From NCBI GenBank assembly GCA_951406725.2, contig OX597834.1, positions 7,378,001 through 7,442,000 on the forward strand: a stretch of DNA of 64,000 nucleotides, read 5' to 3'. The position numbers and the translations under genes were made by a program. Below, piece after piece: positions 54,598-64,000 of this stretch. How positions within the stretch are numbered: position 1 is the stretch's first letter; each line of letters opens with the position of its first letter. The DNA is from Octopus vulgaris. Lineage: Eukaryota. The notes beneath the pieces were generated by a model. The model was not told the DNA's origin, did no database searches, and was given only the letters and a program-made list of their open reading frames with translations.

Positions 54598-54825
54598 AGC
54601 TGGCAGAATCGTTAGCAGGCCGGACGAAATTCTTGGCGGTATTTCGTCTACTGCTACGTTCAGAGTTCAAATTCCGCCGAGGTCGACTTTGCCTTTCATC
54701 CTTTCAGGGTCGATAAATTAGGTACCAGTTACATACTGGGGTCGATATAATCGACTTAATCCGTCTGTCTGTTCTCTTGTGTCTCCTCTGTGTTTGGCCC
54801 CTTGTGGGTAGTAAAGAAATAGGTA
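54598..54825 (+). mobile_element. SINE B
   Basis: TSD ggt(g/a)tcccaaaata. Confidence 0.88.
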
Positions 54826-57164
54826 TCCCAAAATATTATATACTAGCGGGACCAGTGATTGCTTCACAGAATTAATGGTAAACGTGTTGGGTTATTTCTG
54901 AAAACTTTATTCAAAAGCCCTGAAAGCCTCGCCTGTGTTGTGTCTATATAAAAAGATATTCGCTCATCGGAAAAGAGAAGGAAACTGGAATACGATGATT
55001 ACTTAATGCTCTTTATATATACACTTTATATACTTTATACACAGTTTTATAGGTTCAATACACATCAATCTCCCTCTTTCTCTCTTCCTCTTCACCTTAC
55101 CCTCTGTTTCTCTCCCTTTTCTTTCCCTCTTTTTCTTTCCCAATTCGCTTTCCCCTTCAAGTAATCATGTAAAAGCATTACAGAAAAGCTAAGTAATGGA
55201 GGAAAAAAACTTAGTTTACAAAAGAATTACACATTTCTCTCTCAGCATAATTAACAGAGGTCAGCATTTTAACAGTAAAAATATTATTGGAGCATAACTT
55301 GAGTTTAGCTACACAAGTGAATGTGCGAAAAGTAAAATGGGAAATTTGAAAGCATTATCTATAAAACTAGTTTCTTTTATACACGGAATGACTACGGAAA
55401 TAAAATACGAATCAAAGTTGGTTGATAAGTAAAAATCGGTTTGGTAACCACTGCACTAAACGCTTTAACAATAACTTGTTGCCGTTGAATTACTTGCAGA
55501 TAGATCAAGAACTTTCTCATACACGACATCATCGAGCTTGGTGACCTGCACAAATGGTGCATCACCAGTTGTGCACAATACCATGTTACTGAAAGAAATA
55601 TTTCCATCTTAATGGCAACTTTTTAAAACTTCCATAATTATTTTCTATTTTATTTTGTATCTATTTTGAGCGATTTACCGAAAAAAAATTGTTCGCAGAT
55701 TTTCACTCTTTTAACCAAATGCACATAAGCCACGGATAAAGAAAGCTTCGCTGCAACGTACAGGTAGTTGGTTTGTTATTGCCGTATACTAAATTTCGAC
55801 CTTCTAAGTTTTATGCACAACTGATTTTTCAATATCTTCACTCATTTCATCAATCTGGTAAGTGACAGAGAGTTATTACTAAAAGGAACCGATTTTAAGG
55901 TATCTGTAGCTACTTTAAGAACGACGGTGAAAAATATTTCAGAAACTGAAATATCGTTTCCTACATTTATCTATCAGTTGTGATATCTTGCACGAAGCAA
56001 CAACACGATTGTCATGTTTTTGGATTATGTTTGTTAGACATATCTAGAGTAGGGTGTCTTTCAAATGTTTTCTTTTTGTAACTAATATATCACATAAATA
56101 TTTTTTTCTGGGTACTTTCTCGAAAAGTGCTCTTGTAGACGCGATAATTTCGTAGCTTCATGTAATAAAATATTTTCACAAAAAAAGCCACGTAGGTCAC
56201 CGTTGAGTTAAAGGGAGAGAGATAAATCCATACTTCAGGTCGTTTACATTATATTGGCTGACGTTGGTTTTACTTTCTATCTGTATTTTTTATGGGCAGA
56301 ACTACTTGTGCAAGTTACATCATTTTCCCACTTGCTTATAAGAGTAAGAAATATCTAAAATTTAAAGGCAAAAGATTTTTCGAGTTACAAACACGAAAAA
56401 AAATCCATAATTTCTAATACTTTGTATAGCTGAATTCTGATCGAAACACACCATATATCTGTCAGCAAAATTTTATTTCTTTATTTTTTCGACTATATTT
56501 CGGATTTATTTATTTTTCCCTGTGTTATGTTTTGATTCTGTCTGCGAAAACATACGAAATGCCAATTTTGTTTTTGTTCTTTTTTTTTTATTTTTTGTTA
56601 AATTGCCTGTCTTTATTTTTGAACTTTTGCTTGTTTTATTTTAAATTTATGTTTGAAAAATCCGACAGTATGATTCGGCAAAAAATATTTTTCTTTCAAA
56701 ATTTTAATATAAATTTTGAAATCAAAAATGGAAAAAAACAAAAAAAAAATGCGCATAATTTCGCGCATTCGCGTGAACCGACATAAATTATGACAGCTTC
56801 TTCGATTAGTTTGTGTGTGTATACCAAATATGAAAACTTCTTTCTTTCTGTTTGTCTGAGTGTGTGTGTGTGTGTGTGCGCGTATGTGTGTGTAAGTGCT
56901 GTGTGAAGGTGTGATATTACATTTTATTTGACATACAACTTATTGAAAGAGATAGAAATTATTGAATAAAAAGGAAGCGTAGAAAATTTATTGATGAAAA
57001 TGTTAATAAAGACTTGTTGTTTAGCTTACTGGGCGTGGATCAAAAGACGGTGCGTTGTCATGCTACATACCTCCTCGATTTTCCAATGTTATCTACATTT
57101 TTCCTACAAGCGTATAAAGCGAAAGAATTTTCTATAATCTGCCAAAATTTTTCATAATCCGGCG

Positions 57165-57977
57165 GACGAAATGCCTATTTCTTTACTACCCACAAGGGGT
57201 TAATCACAGAGAGGACAAACAAGGACAGACAAACGGATTAAGTCGATTACCTCGACCCCAGTGCGTAACTGGTACTTAATTTATCGACCCCGAAAGCATG
57301 AAAGACAAAGTCGACCTCGGCGGAATGTGAACTCAGAACGTAGCGGTAGACGAAATACCTATTTCTTTACTACACACAAGGGGCTAAACACAGAGAGGAC
57401 AAACAAGGACAGACAAACGGATTAAGTCGATTACCTCGACCCTAGTGCGTAACTGGTACTTAATTTATCGACCCCGAAAGGATGAAAGGCAAAGTCGACC
57501 TCGGCGGAATTTGAACTAGCGAAGAAAGCTCTGTGGCCAAATATATCAAACATGCTGAAACCTATTTCTTTACTACCCACAAGGGGCTAAACACAGAGAT
57601 GATAAACAAGGACAGACAAACGGATTAAGTAAATTACATCGACCCCAGTGGGTAACTGGTACTTAATTTATCGACCCCGGAAGGATGAAAGGCAAAGTCG
57701 ACCTCGGCGGAATGTGAACTCAGAACGTAACGACAGACGAAATACCTATTTCTTTACTACCCACAAGGGGCTAAACATAGAGGGGACAAACAAGGACAGA
57801 CAAACGGATTAAGTCGATTACATCGAGCCCAGTGCATAATTGGTACTTAATTTATCGACCCCGAAAGGATGAAAGGCAAAGTCGACCTCGGCGGAATTTG
57901 AACTCAGAACGTAGCGGCAGACGAAATACGGCTACGCATTACGCCCGGCGCGCGAGCGTTTCTGCCAGCTCGCCGCC
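57165..57977 (-). mobile_element. Two adjacent SINE B dimers
   Basis: 57165-57517 and 57561-57977; the second has TSD atcaaacatgctga. Confidence 0.88.
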
Positions 57978-58729
57978 ATCAAACATGCTGATCCCGGGCT
58001 TATTGTTTAAAGACAAGGAAACGATTCTATAAGGCGGCGGCTTATTGATTAACACGTCTCTGTGCTTAATTTTATCAACAACGAAAGTGTGAAAAGCATA
58101 AATGACTTATATGTTTGACTTTTGCTTTATATTTGTACAAGTTGACTCCAAGTCTCACTCAGGGACCTCAAGAGACAGTAGGTTGGAAGTTCACGTTGTT
58201 GTTATGCCTAGTGTGCCATTTGAACTGTTGGAAAAAAGAGCCGGAACAAATACTGTACGTCTTTTTGTCCGGCGTTCTCATAATTATGAAATTAATTAAT
58301 TTAAAATTATCTCAGAAAGTCTTAATTTCTCGGCATGTTGCAATTCGTTATATTTTGAAGATTAACCCTTTTCTTTTTCTAGTGTATACAATGATTAATC
58401 TTTTTTCAAGATATAAGAGATGATATGGATGCAACAGGCTTAGACGCTCCATCTCCAATATTTATAAAAAAATAAGAAAGGAAATTATCCATGGGCATTT
58501 AACTTGCAAGAAAGAGCAGCCAGAGTACCCTCGAACCACACAGGCGTATCTCTAAAATGATAGAACACATTAGATGATGTCATTTTCGAAGGACTGTCAA
58601 CCGAAAAATTTCGATAATAGCTTTTATCAAATTGTTAAATAACAACCACGCTTAAAATTAAAAGCTTCTAATTGGAGACCTGACAATTGCATTTCTAGCT
58701 TTGCCTTGAAGGAAGCTTTCATGGACTCA

Positions 58730-58885
58730 CGTTTCTGTGCGCAACGATCTTGTTAAAATCCCGTTAATAGCACCATATGCAGGTCCTTTCCGTTTTCTTT
58801 CACGCTTGGAAAAATTTTTCCCTATAGACCTTAATGGTTGTAAAGACACTATATCAGTCGATAGACTAAAAGTGGCCTTCATAGA
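58730..58885 (+). pseudogene. Gypsy/Ty3 integrase C-terminal (GPY/F) remnant
   Basis: VRNDLVKIPLIAPYAGPFR...DTISVDRLKVAF. Confidence 0.75.
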
Positions 58886-59219
58886 GAAAACTGTCCTTGT
58901 TCCAACTGCAGATGACACACACACTGTATTACAAACACCAGCAAACCCACCTTTACATTCCATGACTACCATTGGGATCGATCAAGTACTGGACAAGAAT
59001 TCTAGATTATATTTCCGTTTGTTTTTTGTTTTTTTACTTAATATTTCGAAGCAGTCGGGTTCATTTATAATATTCTCATTTGTGAGAGGAGTCGAATTTA
59101 TTTCAGATATTCTCATTTAAAAGTTTTAAAAATTATCTTCAGCTAATCTTTGCGAGGTCGTTGGTGTTGCCATGGCGGAAGCTTGCGATCTCTGAGTGCT
59201 CTTGTTGTTGCTGCTGTTC

Positions 59220-59278
<59 letters not shown>

Positions 59279-59826
59279 GAGTGAGTGAGCAGTGCATGCC
59301 ATCAAAATGACACTGGGGTACAAATATGCGAAACCCAATACATCCATCATGACTTCCCATCTGATAAGGGTACACCAGGCACATGCATCACAACCATATG
59401 CGCACAACAGGGTGATCTCATATCAAGATAAACAGCGCATGACCTTCCAGGTGAGGCCCAGTTAGAATTTAGCAACATTTAAGCCGTCCTCACGTTCTGA
59501 GTGCAAATTCCGCCGAGGTTGACTTTTTCTTTTATCGTTTCGGGGCCCAAGGAAATAAGTACCAGTTGAGTACTGGGGTCATTGTAATCGACTTGCCCAG
59601 TATTTCAGGCCTTGTGTCTGAAAAACATGCATATGTACACTCACACAAACACATACACACACACACATACACACACAGATAATTAATTAATGAACAGCTA
59701 AATGTACATAACTTTGTCTGCGAAGGTGGTTTATAAATACTTAGTCCTATAGACTTAGAGAGAATTATATTTATTATTACCCTCATCATGAAGCTGATGA
59801 CAGATATGTTTATTAAAGCGACCATA

Positions 59827-60367
59827 GAAGCACTCCGTCGGTTACGACGACGAGGGTTCCGGTTGATCCGAATCAACGGAACAGCCTGCTCGTGAAATTA
59901 ACGTGTAAGTGGCTGAGCACTCCACAGACACGTGCACCCTTAACGTAGTTCTCGGGGATATTCAGCGTGACACAGAGAGTGACAAGGCCGGCCCTTTGAA
60001 ATACAGGTACAACAGAAACAGGAAGTAAGAGTGAGAGAAAGCTGTGGTGAAAGAGTACAGCAGGGATCACCACCATCCCCTGCCGGAGCCTCGTGGAACT
60101 TTAGGTGTTTTCGCTCAATAAACACTCACAACGCCCGGTCTGAGAATCGAAACCGCGAAATACAGGTACAACAGAAACAGGAAGTAAGAGTGAGAGAAAT
60201 TTGTGGTGAAAGAGTACAGCAGGGATCACCACCACCCCCTGCCGGAGCCTCGTGGAGCTTTAGGTGTTTTCGCTCAATAAACACTCACAACGCCCGGTCT
60301 GGGAATCGAAACCGCGATTCTCTGACCGCGAGTCCGCTGCCCTAATCACTGGGCCATTGCGCCTCCA
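59827..60367 (-). mobile_element. SINE C with an internal duplication of about 160 bp
   Basis: gaaatacaggtac...gaaaccgc is repeated; TSD ttaaagcgaccata. Confidence 0.9.
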
Positions 60368-60919
60368 CTTAAAGCGACCATATTGGTGTTAATTACAATG
60401 ATAGAGATGGAAGCCATGGTGAAAGAGACGATGGTCTTGCTTGCATTAGTGACTAGCAATACGCGTTGAAGTATTAATAATTCAATCATCATAAGGCTTA
60501 TAATAGCAACAATGCTGGCATTAATAGCAGTTTAAGAGTAAACGATGATGATGACGACGACGACGACGACGACGGTGGTGGTGGTGGTGTTGGTTGTCAT
60601 CATAGTGCTAATGATTATGATATTCACACCAAATTAATTAATGAACAGCTAAATGCGCATATCCGTCTCTGCGAAGCTGGTTTATTGATATGAGACCTAC
60701 ATCCTTTGAAACCAATCAGATGAAAGTTGAGAAGCGGCACATTTAATGCTGTCGATGTGTTAATTTATACATATATTCAACAAATCCTACATACATAGAT
60801 ACACAGGCGTTGCAATGGTACTCCGTCGGTTGCGACGACGTGTATCCCAGCTGATCCAAGCAACAAAATACAGTCCCCTCGTGAAATTAACGTGCAAGTG
60901 GCTGAGTACACTTGCTAAC

Positions 60920-61480
60920 AACACCCAATCCAAGAAACACAAATGTTTACAATATTATCCACCAGAACATTCCACTACCAAACCAAGACCCAAGAATGAA
61001 ACAAGCATTCGAAATACACAAAAATAATCAATAGTAAAAGACAATCAAAGTGTCTCCAAAAATTCCTCACAAGTGCTAAATTACCTTCCACAATTCCTAC
61101 ACCAACAGTGAAAAAGAGGTGCCGCCCCAACCGCAGGACATGCATCAACTTTATTGAGAACATAACATAGGAATTCAAATCAGGACAGATTTTACCGTAA
61201 AAAAATCACTTGACATGTTCTTCAAGGAATTGAATATACGCTACCAAATGTCATGGATGTAATGAAGATTACATAGGTAAAACAGAGCTTACTCTAAGAA
61301 ATAGACTAACCATTCATCAACAACAAATACGCGACCCCAGTACTAGAAAGATTCCCTTGAGTAGACACAGGTATATGTGCAAAAAATAAGTCCCCCAAAT
61401 TCCTGATCTTCCCACAGATGAAACACTAATAAACAAAGTAAATATTTTTATACAAAAGTACAAACCACAACTTTACGAAC
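60920..61480 (+). pseudogene. Penelope-like element ORF remnant with GIY-YIG endonuclease
   Basis: CSSRN*IYATKCHGCNEDYIGKTELTLRNRLTIHQQQIR, upstream NSKRQSKCLQKFLTSAKL linker, terminal FIQKYKPQL. Confidence 0.85.
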
Positions 61481-63678
61481 TTTAACAGAGTACATATATT
61501 AGAAAACTAATTTAATAAAATATACATAAAAATAAAACTAATAGATACTAATATATGGCATATTCATGAATATCTATAATTTACCTCTTAGATACACTTA
61601 TTATATATAGCGTTTAACTTCTTAAACACACTAATACTCTATATGCATCCTTCAAAGTAAAAATGATAACCGAAGTTCTATAAGCTCATAATAACCCTAA
61701 TGGAGTCCTACCCCATATTTTTAAAATATGATACTTTTTTTAGCATTTAACTAAATGTTTAGAATTTCTGGTCAGCTATGGAATTGTACTGAAACATATA
61801 TGTAGGTTCTTTTATTTTTTCGAGCTTTATCACTTGTAATCATTTTATTTGTACTGTAATGTTTTTTAAAAGAAATTTTTAACATTTTATAACATACAAA
61901 TAAATTATTCATACATTCATTTGCTTCTCCATTTTCTTTTCCCTCAATATATATAATTGAACATTTCAGGCCCGAGGCAAAGTGTGCCGTGTTTGGTCTC
62001 TGAAGGGAAAATATCCACATAGACTTTTGTCATTAGACCTACACTTAATTACAAGATCAGAGAAACAAAGAAATATAACACTTCAGTAAATACCTATTAC
62101 TCAACTAGGAAATCACACGTTCATTAGAATTAAACCAAATATCTGTATATTCCTTTGATATTACCTTATCTAAGATATCCATTATATCTTATATGTATCT
62201 TTTTTATTATTCCTCTACTTATGTTTTTGTTAATACTGATTTTATGTATAAAAACATAAATGTAAATATAAAATACACACATACACATTTAATTCCCAGA
62301 GACTGCTTTCAGAGAGCCAGCTCTTTCATGTATTTTCACAATGTCGTATTTACATTTTAATGAATATAAATTCAATGCATGCTTTATAAGCATATCCACT
62401 CATTCAAGCATGTGAATGAAAATTTATGACGAGCTTGCCCAATTATATTTGTTAATGGAAACAATAAATATTGCCTTTTGATAGAATATTTCATATTTTA
62501 GAAGACACTTTTCCATACACGTACGGATCCTTTCGTGAAAATACTGAGAAGTCTGTAAGCTTATTTCGAAACTTGTAAGGCTTAATATTAGAATAGACAT
62601 ATTCTGAAATATTAGAATAGACATTTTCTTCCCGATTCTCTTAAAACAATATGAATTCTAAAGAGAATCAAGACTATTGAAAAGGTTGCAAGACGCAACG
62701 GAAATTTAAGGAAAATAAAAATAAAAAATAAGTGGAAATTTTACAGAGGCACAAAAAGAAAATGACTCTCCCCAGACACAACAAAATATGCTTCAACACA
62801 CGAACTCATATAAAGAATCTTGCACACCAAATCCAAAAACGAAAAATAATTCTAACGAATATTTCCATGTATATCTTTCAGAACAATGAAGTTAGCGACT
62901 AGGCAGAATCTTTAGACAGTCGGACAAAATGCTTTGCCGTATGTCTTTCGACTAAATATATCCTGGTTTTAAATTCTGCTCACATCAACTTCGATTTTAT
63001 CCCTTCGGATCGATAAAATAAAGTACCAATCAAGCACAAAGGCATCGAAGTTACAGACTTGTTCCCAAATTTGTCCCGAAATCCTTCTAGAAAATACTTT
63101 TTGAATTCTATATTTTCCAGTTATTTCCATTCTGGTTTCGAACCTTCCATACCTTCATAATTAAAAATTTCTTTCTCAGTAAGATCGCTTATACTTACCT
63201 CCCAGATCCCTTGCCTTTCCCTTCCAATTTTTTCAACCAAAGAAAGAGTTCGTGGGACCGCGATTTGATGAGGCACGGAATAATAATGGCTGAGAAGAAG
63301 CTAGTGGAATAGTTAACGGCAAAAAGACTGATAAAATAAGTTCTAGACTAAATGTATAAGTCCTCGAGTCAATTTGTTTGAATTAAAGCCCTTCAAGGCG
63401 TTGCCCCAGCGTGGCCGCAGTCAAATAACTGAAACAAGTAAAAGAATGAAAGTACATGTCCCTTAATAAAAAAGGTATGCCCACTCTTGGTATAACCTGT
63501 GTGTAGGTTCATTATATAAATATTTTGCGTACGCGCTCGTATGTATGTATGCCTCTGTATGTGTGTGTTTGTGTGGGGGTGTGCACGAGTATGTGTGTGA
63601 GTGTGTGTGTGTGCATGCGTGTGTGTATGTGTTAAAAGAAGATGAATCTTATTTAGCTTTTATTCATCTAAGCGAAGG

Positions 63679-63835
63679 ATGTTGCGAGTCAGTTGTTCGC
63701 ATTCATTTAAGTCACAAATATATAAACTCGTAGCCCCGACTACTGGATAAGTCTTTAAACGACTTATCCAGTAGTCGGGGCTATGAGTTTATATATTTGT
63801 GACTTAAATGAATGCGAACAACTGACTCGCAATAT
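63679..63835. repeat. Near-perfect hairpin with 72-75 bp arms and a 7-nt loop
   Basis: 63682-63753 is the reverse complement of 63761-63832 with one G/T pair. Confidence 0.95.
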
Positions 63836-64000
63836 ACCTATTTCTTTACTACCCACAAGGGGCTAAACACAGAGGGAACAAACAAGGACAGACATAGATA
63901 TTGAGTCGATTACATCGACCCCATTTGGTAACTGGTACTTAATTTATCGACCCCGAAAGGATGAAAGGCAAAGTCGACCTCGGCGGAATTTGAACTCACA
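63835..64000 (-). mobile_element. SINE B, cut by the window edge
   Basis: Family match. Confidence 0.88.

Noticed and set aside
58102-58423. Possible exon or ORF
   Set aside because: The minus-strand acceptor leads to stops in all frames and the plus-strand ORFs have no recognisable homology

Overview
AT-rich, microsatellite-saturated animal DNA, most likely an octopus (inferred from the tRNA-derived SINE families and RTE tails, not verified). No host gene can be called with confidence, and almost every ORF in the track is microsatellite or SINE read-through. The window is a mosaic of about five SINE families, decayed LINEs (RTE, CR1/L2-like), Tc1/mariner remnants, a hAT MITE, two non-autonomous Helitrons, a Gypsy integrase scrap, a Penelope-like (PLE) GIY-YIG remnant and an orphan ETS/18S rRNA fragment. 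The main unannotated signal is more than a dozen type I hammerhead ribozyme (HHR) motifs on both strands. Most have a palindromic stem III, several have long stem II insertions or variant cores (CCGANGA, CUGUCRAA), and they sit in short elements next to microsatellites that often form fold-back inverted repeats. This fits a population of PLE-derived non-autonomous ribozyme elements. One SINE family also forms exact 184-bp head-to-tail concatemers. All alignments and folds were done by eye, so boundaries are approximate.
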